From Octopus sinensis (taxonomy: Eukaryota), in NCBI RefSeq assembly GCF_006345805.1, contig NC_043016.1, positions 16,368,001-16,432,000 on the forward strand: a stretch of DNA of 64,000 nt, in the 5' to 3' direction. The notes under the pieces were generated by a model. The model saw only the letters and a list, made by a program, of their open reading frames with translations, made no database searches and was not told where the DNA came from. Shown piece by piece: positions 12,365 to 25,902 of this stretch (within the stretch, counting starts at the first letter, position 1; the number at the start of each line of letters is the position of its first letter). A program made the position numbers and the translations under genes.

Positions 12365-12850
12365 AGGACACACACACACACACACACGCACAAACACACA
12401 CATGCACGCACACACACACGCACAAACACACACACACAAACACGCACAAACACACACGCACAAACACACACACACACACACACGCACAAACACACACACA
12501 CACGCACACACACACACGCACAAACACACACACACACGCGCACAAACCACACACACACACACGCACAAACACACACATGCACAAACACACACACACGCAC
12601 ACACACACACGCGCACAAACACACACACACACACACGCACAAACACACACAACGCACGCACACACACACACACAGACGCACAAAACCACCACACACACGC
12701 ACAAACACACACACACACACGCACAAACACACACATGCACAAACACACACACACGCACACACACACGCGCACAAACACACAACACACACACACGCACAAA
12801 CACACACATGCACAAACACACACACATACGCGCACACACACACGCACAAA
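12365..12850. repeat. CA-rich minisatellite (unit ~CACACACGCACAAA)
   Basis: Direct reading; explains the 160-256 aa HT/CV ORFs. Confidence 0.9.
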
Positions 12851-13513
12851 CACGCTATTTATTGCATTAGTAAATAAACAGATTCTAAAGCTTCCTTGTC
12901 CCTTTCTCTCTCTCTCTCTCTCTCGCGCTTTTTTTTTTTGCCACTTGCATGCTTTTTCTTCGTCTGTCTGTCTGTCACTCACTCACTCTCTCTCTCTCTC
13001 TCTCTCTCATCTTTTCTTGCTGCTGCCTACTATGTCTCTCTCTCCTTCCCTTCCCTCCCTCCCTCATTCTCCATTTCTGTCTGTCTCATCTCATTTTGAA
13101 TTTCTTTTCCTCATCTTCATCATTTTTTGTCCAATTGTTGATATTTTTTTAAATACTTTTATAACAATTTAAAAGAAGAAAAAGTAAAAAAAAAAAAAAA
13201 AAATGATATTTTGATATTTAAAAAAAAAAATAATAGTTCTTCGCCGATATCTGCTGGATTTTTTTTTTTTTAAATGCATTAATGTTCTCTTTAATTTCAC
13301 TTTCTAAAGGACAGTGATGTGGGCTGCAACAGAGAAGGCTGCAAGGCCGGCTGTAAACTAGGTCTTGTTTCCAATTCTTTGTGATACCTGTCAGGGTTAA
13401 ATATTTACTCCACTTCCTCCAGCAGACAGATTCTCAATAACACACAATAAAAACACAAAGAAAAAGAAAACCAATATCTTATAATAAACAAAACAAAAAC
13501 AATTTCAGTTTAA

Positions 13514-13558
<45 letters not shown>

Positions 13559-15390
13559 ACTGTGTTTATCAATCAAAGGTGAGCACTAATTATACATATA
13601 CACATGCATACATACTGTCTCGTTAAAACAATAATTTATATATTATCTTTTAATAAGACAGCATTAGAGTCTAGTGAAGGCTAAGCAGGCTAAAACTTTG
13701 ACGTCTCTGTCAATTCTATTCTTGTTAAAGAATAATAAATTTGTAGTCTTGCATTGAGCAATCCTTCAGTTAAATATAAAATTGTTTTTATTATAAGTTG
13801 ATATGGAAACAATTATTAATATCTCCCTTAACATAGATATTCTATTAAAAGCCACAAAACTGTGGTATTTGTCTCAAGACATCTTCTCATATGGATATAT
13901 AATACTGAAAAACACAGAAGTGTATAAATAACAGATGTAAAGTATTCATTGACATCTATGAAATGAATGAAACCATGATTTCTGAATTTTTGCATGTCAT
14001 CAGCAGCCATTATCCACCCTATCACTTAGAAGAAATTTATCTCCTACTGATATAGAAAAACTGTGACTAATTAAATGACTGGTGTCACAAATGGTTGACA
14101 GACTAGGTTAAAACTTGTTATTAGCAATGGATACAGTGCATTATTTTTCTAAAACAATAGAAGTAAAATTTGTGTAAGCCTGTGCTTAATAATGGATCTT
14201 GCTACAGGTGATGCTAAAGAAAAGAAATCTAGACTCAGCAAATTTCACCCCTCAGTTCTGGATACCTTTTCTCTACTACTCATGCACTTGCCTGCTTTTT
14301 AGCACCAAATGTGCACATGGGATACTTTCTTTTGATGAATACTACAGTTGTGTAGCTTTTTATAGTATGTCCTTCTTAGCTAAGACATACAAAAGGCTAT
14401 ATGTGCATTTTTGTGCATTTGTGTGTGTGTGTTTAAATATATGGCTGTCTATATATATATATGTATGAATATATAATACATTGTATGCTTTTTTCTTTCG
14501 TATTTTGCACCCTTTCAAAGGTGACAATATGAATATATATTTACATATATGTGTGTGTGTGTGCATGTTTATATACATGTAAAGTGTGAAACGTATCCAA
14601 AGATTAGGCTCAGCTGTGGCTTTCACACCTCCACACCAGTATCCAGTGTGCTACAACACAAGGCATCAACATGGTAGGCCAGTGTGCAGAATATGAACCA
14701 AAGAATAGAAAGGATAATAAATAAGCAGAAAACATTTAAGAAGCCAATACTTTATAGAACATACACGCGTCTCATTTGTATGCCATAATAATTACATAAC
14801 AGTTTCCACTTCACCTCATCAGTGTATTTATTGCTATTCACTAATGAGGTGAAGGGCAAGACTGCATTATGTTTTGTATTATGTAAGTAATTGCTGTGGC
14901 ATTTTGATGAAATGCACATATGTTCTATAAAGTATTTAATATCATAGCTGTTTTCTGCTTAACTATTATATATATGTACATATATACTATATATATATAT
15001 GTATATTCTTACTTTTACAAAACACATGCACAATATTATATACAGTGTTGTTTAAACTCATGACAATACTTTGACTTTATAAGACAAATTTCAAGCTCAT
15101 CTTATTCAGCACTCTGCTTGTGGTCATACTTCTGTTCTCAGAGCAAATGCCAACATGCATTCAAGCACAGTATCTACATTCATATTCATCAACATGCACT
15201 CTGTACAATCATACACAAACTGCTCCATCTTGTATTTCATGAAACAGAAAAACAAATTTGCATAAAGGAAAGTAGCAAAATTAAAATTAACTTAAATTAA
15301 ATTTTGACAATTTTTAACCCTTTTAACAAAATGTGTTATTCCCTACTCTGTCTGCTGGTGTGAACTTAAAAAAATAAATATCTAGCTTAA

Positions 15391-15613
15391 CCCTTTAGCA
15401 TTCAGATATTTCTCTGTCAAATGTAATGCTGTATATATTCACATTGTTTTGAATTAATCATGCATTATCTCATAGCTTTGAGATTTTCATGATGTAATTG
15501 TTTATTTTTAGAATAACATTGTAGGGTCGGTGTGAGATGCCAGATCTGGCTACTTTCAACATGAAACAGGTAGAATATTTGTGCCAGATATGGCCAGTTT
15601 AAATGCTAAAGGG
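15391..15613 (+). mobile_element. piggyBac-type MITE with TTAA target duplication
   Basis: TTAA(15387-15390)-CCCTTTAGCATT...AAATGCTAAAGGG-TTAA(15614-15617); CCC/GGG termini with TTAA are the piggyBac signature. Confidence 0.9.
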
Positions 15614-15657
15614 TTAATTGTGAATCATCACCAAATATACATACACTGTATATGTAT

Positions 15658-15708
<51 letters not shown>

Positions 15709-16975
15709 ATATATATATGTGTGTATATGTATGTATATATATGTATATATATGTATATATCATATATATATATATTTATAAATGCACTCTACATAGATAT
15801 TGATAATATTGCACACTGTTATGTGTTAAAATGGTTCACATAATCATTATTTTTAAAAAAAACGTCCAGTCAGTCAGATTTTTCCTTTCATTAAGTGAAA
15901 TTAAGTAAATATGTAAATAGTCAAATAAGGACAAATAAAATGCATAATTTTAAATAGAAATTTTACTTAGGTATGAGAATGTACATTAAATTTTTATTAT
16001 AATATTTAAATATTAGCACACACACACACATATACATACATACATATACATATATATAGGTAGATAGGTAAAAAGATAGGTAGGTAGGCAGGTAAATCAA
16101 TCAACAGATAGGAAGGATAGAAGGCAGATAGATATAAGTGTATAAGCACCCACACACACACAGTAGTTTTTATAGTAATTATTCAGCTTTTCTTTTTTTT
16201 TTTTTCGGGTTTTCTCTAAATTATTTTCTCTAAAATAAACTTGTAGTTAATTACTATAAGCTAATTATTATAAAATTATCTTTTGCCTTTTACATGTTTC
16301 AATCACTGGACTGCAGCCATGAATGGCCACCACCTTGAAAGGTTTAATCAAACAAATTGATCCCAGTACTTACTTTTGAAGCCTGGTATTTAACTTATTG
16401 GTCTCCTTTATTGGACAGCAAAGTTACAAGGATGTAAATAAACCAACACTAATGTTCAAGTTGTGTTGGGGGGACAAACACAAACGTAAAGATAACACAC
16501 ATACACACCCACACACATGAATATGTATATCAATTTGATTACACAACTGAAAGAGATTTTAATAGTTTCATGCTATTATGATACTTGAGCAGGGGTCTTT
16601 ATAAAATATGCCATGTGTCTTAAAGCAAACTTTGGAGCTCTGTTTATGTGTTTATATATAAATATGTGACAAGCTTCATTCAGTTTCTGTCTACCAAATT
16701 CACTCACAAATTTTTGTTTGGTCCAAAGTGCCATGCAGGAGGACTGAAACCTTGACCATGTGGTTTAGAAGAAACCTTCTTACCACAGAAATCTTTAGTT
16801 AGTCTCCTGATCAAAAATAAAAGTAATAGGTTTTCTAATAAAAATTAATAACATCTGTTTCTGCAAAATTAAGGAAACATAATATAGAATTGATTATAAT
16901 AATTCATTAATCCCTGCAGTATAATCCATTTATATCTAATCTGAATTGGATATACTGTAAAGGAGCAATAACATA

Positions 16976-17010
<35 letters not shown>

Positions 17011-18734
17011 AATGTGTGTGTGTATGTCTCCATTTAGTGTTAACTGTCAGAAGAATGAGTTCTCAATTCCACACTAGATGTTATTTGGGTTAAGTGAGTC
17101 TCTTCATGCAATGCTGAGCTTCTCCCAGAGGTGGACAAGATCTTCAGGCAAGTTACGATTGGAAATTGATGAGGTTTACACATTCATATTTAGTTTTCCC
17201 TCTTTCTTTTCCTTTTCATTTTCTTTCTGTTACATCTTTTTCCTTTTTTTTTTTCTCTCTTCCCTTTCTCTTCTTTATTCCTTTTCCCTCTTTATCATAC
17301 TTTCTCCTCATCACAGCACCCTGTGCCAAGAAAACTATGTATAAATGTGCAAACTCCCAACAAGTCCTCAGTCATAACTTGTTTGAAAATCATATGCATC
17401 TACAGATGAAACTCAGAGTAACAAAAAACTGATTAGACCAAAGTAAAACATCAAATATATATGTGTGTGTGTGTGTGTGTGTGATTTTGAAAAAAGAAAA
17501 ATTAACATAATTTATCAACCAATAAGACACGGCCTTCCTCCCTGATGAGACTCAGTGTGCTAACTGTTTCTGTTCTAACACTACAATATGTTTCATCTTT
17601 ATAGTGTCTGTCTGCATTGTGGGTCCTCTGGTGAGGTGGTTATTAGAACCCTCAATTCCTCTTTCTTTCTTTTTTAGATTTCACTGATATCGTGATATTC
17701 TCTATCTTTCATTTTCTTTAATTTTTTTTTTTTTTTTTCTGGTGAGGTTTACTGAAGAAAGCCTTCTCTTCAATTAGTTAATGCTCTATTGAGATCTCAA
17801 ATGACTAGCAAGTCCAGCTTCGCACAAACTGACCCCACAGGAGACGCCACAAATATTTTCAGGCCCAAATTTTAGGCAAAATATTCGCACTTATTCAGTT
17901 AGGTTGAATAACATGAACATTTCAGCTATTTTTCCTAGGCTGATTTTCTGCCAAGATTTGGGCACGATGATAAAAATGTAAATTTAGTGGGTCAAGGGAA
18001 GCAATCTCCCAGGAATTGTTGCACTAATTATTTCCCTTGATGCATGTTGGTCAACCGGTGCTAACTTGACAAAATAATGTTACATATATAAATTTACACA
18101 CTCTCACACACAAATACACGCAGACACACACACGCAAAGCTTTATTCTTTATCAAACAGGAACTCCCTTTGGTGAAATACTAGCCCACCTCACCCTACAT
18201 TTTACCCCTTTCTTTTATGCAGCCACCCATCTATGAAACATATACTATATATATATATAAGGCGCACATAATGCACGAGCCTTTCTGTGCATGTATTATG
18301 CACATCAGTATAGAGGGAGTTGGTTGTGGTTTTTCATTATCATTTAAGTAATAATGTTAATGTAAAAAATGACCAACTTTAATCCTATTCATTTCAAAAT
18401 CTGTTACACTTTGACTAAAAATTAATGCATGGCAGGAATAATTTAGTTAAGAGTAGCTGTTAAATATATCTAACGTATATTTATAATAAATTTTTAGAAT
18501 AAATATGTTAATTTACTTTATAACATATTTTTAATGACTAACTTGCAATTATATTTACTAATAAATAATTGCTATCTACATCAGCATTTTAAACAGGCAG
18601 CTAAAAAATTTATAAAATTTGTTGAAAATATTTATTTAGTGAAAATTTTTAATATTTTGTGAAAATAGGGAATAATAATCACTAAGTATAACTGTACATT
18701 TTCTAATAAAACAAAAATATATATATATATGAGG

Positions 18735-19010
18735 CATTATCGCTGTGTTGACCAGACTATTAAATGTTGCTATATAACGTCAGTGACAATGTGCTTCTTT
18801 GCATTGTTTTAGGTTTCAAATGAGGCTGTCCCTGTAGCAAAGCATTCCCCTTGAACAGAATGGTAGTCCGTCACAGGGTGTCCCATTTGCGGCTGAGTGG
18901 ACTGGAACAATGTGAAATGAAGTGTTTTGCTCAACAACACAATGCACCACCTGGTTCAGGAATTGAAACCAGAATCTTATGATCATGAGTGCAACACTAA
19001 GCCACACAAC
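18735..19010 (-). mobile_element. tRNA-derived SINE family E
   Basis: Minus-strand head (...GGTTTCAATTCCTGAACC...TTGAGCAAAACACTTCATTTCAC) and a tail shared with 19160-19455(-) and 60062-60190(+) (GACCAGACTAT...ATGTTG...). Confidence 0.65.
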
Positions 19011-19069
19011 TTAAGATACACACACACACACACACAAACATATATATGTTTATAATGTGTGTGTATGTC

Positions 19070-19118
<49 letters not shown>

Positions 19119-19159
19119 GTGTGTGTGTATATATATATGTATATGTATTTATGCATGAA

Positions 19160-19455
19160 TCACTGTATTGACCAGACTATCAGAAGTTGTCTTACACTGC
19201 TGGTCACTATGCGCTTCCTCATTTTGTCCATCTTTCTAATGATGCCAACCCACTAGTGAGCAGGCCAGCCAGCATTCCCTATGGTTAGAATGCCAGTCCA
19301 TTGCAAAGTTACCCATTTACAGTTGCATGGACTTGAATAACATGACATGAGATGTTCTTTTCAAGAACATAATGCTTCAATGGCCTGGGAACTGAAACTA
19401 CAATCTTGCAATCACAAATGCAACACCCTAACCACTAAGCCAGGCATCTTCACAT
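19160..19455 (-). mobile_element. tRNA-derived SINE family E, second copy
   Basis: Similar to 18735-19010 over head and tail. Confidence 0.6.
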
Positions 19456-20004
19456 ATTAGGCATTATATTGCAAAAAAAAAGGGATAAAAAAGAAAGAAA
19501 GAAAAAAAGAAACCGGAAAATTAAAAAAATATATACAATTTATGTGCAGGAAAATATAAAGCACAAATTTTCACATTCTAAAATATTTCACGGCTGGTTT
19601 TCCACTACAGAATATGATTTCACTTATATATATCTTTATATATATATATTTATTATTTTTTTTTAATTTTTAAAAATTATTGTTGAAATGTCTGTTCATT
19701 TGATTGGATTTTGGTTTTTGGATTCCTTATTGAGAACTAGTGTGAATTCCATTGTAGTTATTAGATTTTAATTCATTGGTGACTGTGGTTATTGTTGGGG
19801 ATCAAAATCAAGAAAAAAATATAGTCTTTGGTGTACACCTTGCAGAAATTTAGATAATGTTAAAAAAACAAAACAAATACTATAAATCTAAGTCACAGTA
19901 GAGCTGAGAATAATAATGACGAAAATGTGCTTCCACACTCCTCAAACTGTGGAACTCCTGAACCAAAGAACCAAATACCCACAACTAGATGCAGCTTCAA
20001 GTCA

Positions 20005-20605
20005 TACATTGGTCTTCATTAGCTGAAATATCTCATCTGTGAGTGCAGTGGGAACAGATGATAGTTGTACTTCAGTAACTGAACTGGTTGTTCCTGGCCA
20101 TTGACAGTTTGCCTGTCTGTTCCCCCTTTCTATTGACATTTGCCATTAGTTCAATGAGATTCACTTGTTGAAATAGTTTACATCCACCATGCTGTATCTT
20201 ATGATTTCAATTTACTCAGCTTGGGCCCTAACAAATGCTACAATCAGACCTGGAAATAGAAGTTGTTTAGACATGGTTCCACATTCCTTACAATCATGAT
20301 AGTCCAGGAGACTGGGGCTCCAATATTAGATGCATTAGTAGCCCTTTTTTTGGATGCCCACTTATGGGTTAAATAACATGTAACTACTCAAGACGGGGTA
20401 AGTTGAAATCATGGTGTGACTGAAGTGACCTGTTTCAGCAGATGAATCTCACTGAGTTAATGGTGAATATCAAAAAATATGGAGCAGATGAACAGACAGC
20501 AAACTCAATGGCCAAGATTAACTAGTTCGGTTAGTGAAGTACTGCTATCATTTGTAGTCACGGTGTGACCAAAGGAGATATTTTAGCTAGTGAAAGACCA
20601 ATGTA
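20005..20605. repeat. Diverged long inverted repeat (~175-bp arms, ~250-bp spacer)
   Basis: 20005-20179 (TACATTGGTCTTCATTAGCTGAAATATCTC...GGCCATTGA...GAGATTCACTTGTTGAAA) aligns to the reverse complement of 20427-20605 (TACATTGGTCTTTCACTAGCTAAAATATCTC...GGCCATTGAG...GAGATTCATCTGCTGAAA). Confidence 0.85.
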
Positions 20606-21052
20606 ATTATAGTCCAGGTCAGGCAATCATGCTGCACTGCTTGATCAGTAACATCTAGTGCGAAAAAGTTGTATTGGTCCAGGCAATTTGCCTGACCAGA
20701 CAATAAAAAAGAAATTTTTTAATAAGGAAAATATTTTTTTATTCTCATATTAATAGAATATAATATTTTCTTTATGTGTTTTGTACTTACATATGTATCT
20801 ATGTTATGTATAGAATGTAAGTGTATTTATATGCAATCATAAATTTATACATCAGTTTCAATGAACTTGTGTGTAACAGATTTTTGTGAATTCTTGTAAT
20901 TTGCATGGCTGAATGTTCAGTTAACTGCTATGTAGAAAGAGCAAGCTGTTAGTAGATAGGAGAATGAGATGGTTTGTGAAAGATTTGTAAGAAAACTGTG
21001 GGGCCTGTGAGGTGGGATGTCATAGGAAAGGAGAAACAGATTGAATAAATAT

Positions 21053-21259
21053 TTAATCCTTCAGCATTCAGATTTCTCTGTATTCTTAATTATCCATATT
21101 GCTTTGAATTAATCAAGCATTTTCTTGATTTCAATGACATGATTGTTCATTTTTAGAATAACATTGTAGGGTTGGTGTGAGAAGGCAGATCTTGCCTTTT
21201 TGAAAATAAAACAGAATATTTGGGCTGGATATGGCTAGGTTTAAATGTTAAAGGGTTCA
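21053..21259 (+). mobile_element. piggyBac-type MITE, diverged
   Basis: TTAATCCTTCAGCATT...AAATGTTAAAGGGTTCA; same internal sequence as 15391. Confidence 0.75.
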
Positions 21260-21994
21260 ATTAAGATACTAAAGAGACAGAGAGAGAAGGAGAAGGGAGT
21301 AGGTTTTGAGAAACAGAGACTGTTATAATATCAGTTACAAAGTAGCTGGAGAGATATGGTTTACTTAGTGATCAGCACTCTGTTCTTTTTGAGTGATGTG
21401 ACATATAATATACATACATGTACATTAACACAACCAGATGTATCAATACAATCAGAACTGCATATGTTTAGATTGTAATAAAAAATATTTCACAATATTT
21501 TCTTTTTATTTCTATTTGCTTATACATCTGAAAATAGCAAAATCATATTTGTTTTGAGAAGAAAAGCTTGGTAGTCAGCAGTCTGTACTTCTGGCTAATT
21601 AACTGAAGGATCAATTAAATATGCAAATTGCAATGTGCAACTACTGCATCCTGCTAAACTTTTCAAAACATGTGTAAGCTAAATAAATTGCTGATAATGA
21701 TCCTTCATTCTTTATCTTGTTTCATCTAAAATATATATATGTATATTAGTGTATGTGTATATATATATACAATCCTGGTAACCTACCCAAAGAAATTTAT
21801 TCTTAACGAATTGTCTACCTATCTCTGTGACACTAGTTCTCAAGCAGGGAAATAACCAAAGTCTTATCAAAGAAAGTCACTTTTGATTGTTGTTGTTCTT
21901 TATTTTAATTTTTTTTAAATATTATGTAATTTACTTTATAAAGCATGAGTAATTTAAGCCTTAGTTTGTTTATTATTATTGCTACTACTACTAT

Positions 21995-22038
<44 letters not shown>

Positions 22039-22063
22039 TTACTACTACTACTATTACTACTAC

Positions 22064-22096
<33 letters not shown>

Positions 22097-22100
<4 letters not shown>

Positions 22101-22315
22101 GTGTGCTGGCAGTATTGTAAACATACCAGACAGAATTCTTAGTGGCATTTTTTCCTCTGTCTTCACATTCTGAGTTCAAATTCCACTGAGGTTGGCTTTG
22201 CTTTTCATCCTTTCAGGGTTGATGAAATAAGTGCCAGTTACACTCTGGGGTCAATATAATCGACTAGCCCTTCGCCACAAAACTTCAGGCCTTGCTTCTA
22301 TAGCAGAGTCATCGT
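22097..22315 (+). mobile_element. tRNA-derived SINE family B with (TTA)n tail
   Basis: GTGGTG.GCTGGCAG...TTCTGAGTTCAAATT...GAGGT...CTTTGC.TTTCATCCTT..GGGTTGAT.AAATAA. Copies at 22965-23168, 37508-37730 and 43975-44185. Confidence 0.75.
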
Positions 22316-22881
22316 TGTTGTTGTTATTATTATTATCATTATTATTATTATTATTATTATTATCATTATTATTATTATTATTATTATTATTTATTATTAT
22401 TATTGAGTGAGAGAGCAGTTCATGCCATCAAGTGACACTGGGGTAAAATATACGAAGCCCAATTACCCATCATGACTACCCGTTCTGATAAGGGTACACC
22501 AGGCACATGCATCACAACCATATGTGCGCGACATGGTGATCTCATATCAAGATAACAGCACATGACCTTGCAGGTGGGACCCAGGTTATAGAATTTTCCT
22601 TCAGGTTGAGTAGCCCATCCCGCTCAAAAGGTCCCTGAATAAGGGTTGTTTAAGGATGTTGAAAGAACCACCCATGTTTCCTGAGGTGAATTATTCAACC
22701 CCAAAGAATCCCTCTGAACACATGGCTATGATGCTCCCCCACTACTTCTGCTCGTGATCAGAGATGCACATATCGTCAGCCACTAAGGGACATGCTCAAC
22801 TGTTAAGGTCAAACACTGACAAGCAAATCTGTGGTATTGAGCAGAATATTTGCTGTAGCCCATCTTTTATTATTGTTATTA

Positions 22882-22912
<31 letters not shown>

Positions 22913-22914
22913 CA

Positions 22915-22952
<38 letters not shown>

Positions 22953-22964
22953 GTTATTATTCAA

Positions 22965-23168
22965 GTGGTGAGCTGTCAGAATTGTAAACATGCTGGACAA
23001 AATGCTTAGTAGTGTCTCTTCCAGTTTTACATTCTGAGTTCAAATTCTGCTGAGGTAGACTTTGCCTTTCATCCTTCCGGGGTTGATAAAATAAAGTCCA
23101 AGTGTCATACTGGGCTCAACGTAATCAACTAACTCCTTCCCCTAAAATTGATGGCCTTGAGCCAAAAC
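22965..23168 (+). mobile_element. tRNA-derived SINE family B, second copy
   Basis: Colinear with 22097-22315; followed by (TTA/TCA)n. Confidence 0.75.
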
Positions 23169-23208
23169 TATTATTATTATTATATCATTATCATCATCAT
23201 CATCATCA

Positions 23209-23248
<40 letters not shown>

Positions 23249-23500
23249 CATTATTATTATTATTATTACCATCATTATTATTATTATTATTATTATTATC
23301 ATCATCATTATTTTCCTGTCATTATGGATTTATTCTGTCAGATCTATTTTTCAGAAATAAATCTTTTTTTTTCTACAATTTATTTATTTTATTATTTCTA
23401 TTTTTTGTTTTGTTTTTTTTTTTAATAATTGCTATTATTTATTTTATTTATTATTTTCTTCTGCTGTTTTGCTCATACAATTTTAAATGTATTTTATCAG

Positions 23501-23632
23501 TTTGGGATGTTTGAGACCATGTTGAGTGCCTTTATGGACGAATATCCCGAATATCTCCGAGGGAAGAAAACATTGATTTGTGCCGTTGCTTGTTTTGTGG
23601 AACTTCTGCTTGGACTCCCCTGCATCACTCAG
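23501..23632 (+). CDS. SLC6 (sodium:neurotransmitter symporter) internal exon, FGMFETMLSAFMDEYP...GLPCITQ
   Basis: AG acceptor 23499-23500, GT donor 23633; 44 codons, phase 0/0; TM8-TM9 region of SLC6 transporters. Confidence 0.93.
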
Positions 23633-24772
23633 GTTGGCATTGGTTTATTTCTTTAGTTCTATGTTGACCAGTCATGGCAGCCAAGCTAAGAGGGACATCC
23701 TCGGAGGGTTTAGTCTAACAAATGAACTTCAGTAGTTACTTTTTAACCCAGTACTTATTCTGTCAGTGTTTTTTGGCTGAACTGCTAAGTTATGAAGACA
23801 TAAACAAATCAACAAATGGTTGTCAAGCAGTGATGGGGGGATAAACACATGCACACACACACACACACACACACACTTATATACACACCACAGGCTTCTT
23901 TCAGTTTCCATCTACCAAATCCACTCAGAAGGGTTTGGTTGAGACTATAGTAGAAGATACTGGAACCATGTGGTTGGGAAGCAAACTTCTTATCACAAGA
24001 CATACAATATATATATTGAGAGATAGAGAAAGAAGCCTGTTATATTATATATATATATTATATATATATATTATATATATGAAAGACTTCTTAGTTTTAG
24101 AAGTTCAGTCAGCTTGAGGCTTTAGTAGAAAACACTTTCCCAAGATGCTGTGGAATGGGACTGAGTGCAGGATGATATGGTAGAGAAGCAAACTTGATAC
24201 CACACAGCCATGCCTGTGAATTATGGTAAGAATACATGTGTCTATGGCTTGGTAGAAATTGCTTCTCCAGTGATGTCTTTCAATTTCCATGTACTCAGAT
24301 TTATTTTGCAGGTTTTCAAGCGGGTCTTTAGAGTGTCCTTATAAGAGAGCAATGGGTGACCTTAGTGCTTGCTATCAGAGCTATGTTGACCATAGAAGAA
24401 GGCTTTAGGTATATGAGTGTCTTCCATGGATAGCACATGGCCAACCCACCTCTTAGCCACTATTGCTCCCAGCTCTACTTTGAGCCAGCAGCACATGCAA
24501 GGATCCCAGTTATGGGTTAATAGGTCACTCTCAGACACCCTAATGGGTCCAGTGCATATGAGGCCCTTTAGCTCTCCTCTAAGTGAAGATTACTTTATGC
24601 AGATCCTGTGTTCTAATAACTACTGGTTTTGTAACATTTGTTGCACCAGGCCAACACAGATTTGATGTCAGAGTGGGACTGGCTCAGCACAAACAATGCA
24701 AACCACTATTATAATATTCTTCTTCATACTAAGTTAATAACTCCTAACAATTTTCTTTTTTATATTTTTCAG

Positions 24773-24872
24773 GGTGGAATCTATGTATTACAAATCATGG
24801 ACTGGTATTGTGCAAGTTTCTCTCTGATGTTGATCTCTCTGGCAGAGTGTGTTGTCATTGCATGGATTTATG
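24773..24872 (+). CDS. SLC6 exon, GGIYVLQIMDWYCASFSLMLISLAECVVIAWIYG
   Basis: Polypyrimidine tract and AG at 24771-24772, GT at 24873; 100 nt, phase 0/1; conserved TM10 motif GG.Y...MD.Y...WIYG. Confidence 0.95.
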
Positions 24873-25865
24873 GTATATATCATATTTTGTGTGTATATAT
24901 ATATATGTACTTATGTGTGTAAAACTACATATATTCACACACATATGCAACACATGCACACACACACATACACATACAAACATCATCCATACTTAACTTA
25001 AGTGTGTTGTTTAATGTCAGGAGCTTTTGTTTTGCATGTGGGAAATGTCCCTTTGAAGATGTATAGTGTGAATCAAACTCAATCTATTTCTTAGCTAAAT
25101 CACCCCAGAAGTGATCTCATGAGTGACAGATACGTATTTTACCTTATTCGGAGCTTATCAATACAGTGCACTCGAGTCACTTCCAAAATGAAATCAAAAT
25201 CTCTAACCTGAAATATATATACACACATAGTGTATAAAATATTTGCTGATTTACAGTGGTGGAGTTGCATATGTAGAATAGGTTCAGACTGTGCAATAGA
25301 TGCAGCTCCTTAATATAAACAGTATTATTATTACCTACTTAATGTAAATGTGTTGTTTAAACAGCAGAGGTTGTGTTTTCTTATCCAGGAAAGATACATT
25401 ACATATATATATAGATATTGGCATTATGTTATGCTTGAAAAGAAGATCCATCAAGCTGAGTGATATCGTAGTCATGGCAGATACTGGTGTCATGCAAATG
25501 GCACCAGTGCCAGTGGCATATAAAAACACCCACTACACTCTCAGAGTGGTTGGTGTTAGGAAGAGCATCCAGCCATAGAAAACCATGTCAAATCAGATTG
25601 GAGTCTGGTGCAGCCTTCTGGCTTGCCAGCTGTAGTCTAACTGTCCAACCCATGCCAGCATGGACAACAGACACTAAATGATGATGATGATGATATAAGA
25701 AAATGAGATGACAAAGAAATAAAACAATTATCTCATGAACTTCATAAAGTTATCATTTTATTCCTTTGTCATTTTCTTATTACTTTTCTGTACTGGACTT
25801 ACTCTTCATTCTGAAATATAAATATTTTGAGTTCTACACCTGGTTATTAATCTCACAATGCCTAA

Positions 25866-25899
<34 letters not shown>

Positions 25900-25902
<3 letters not shown>

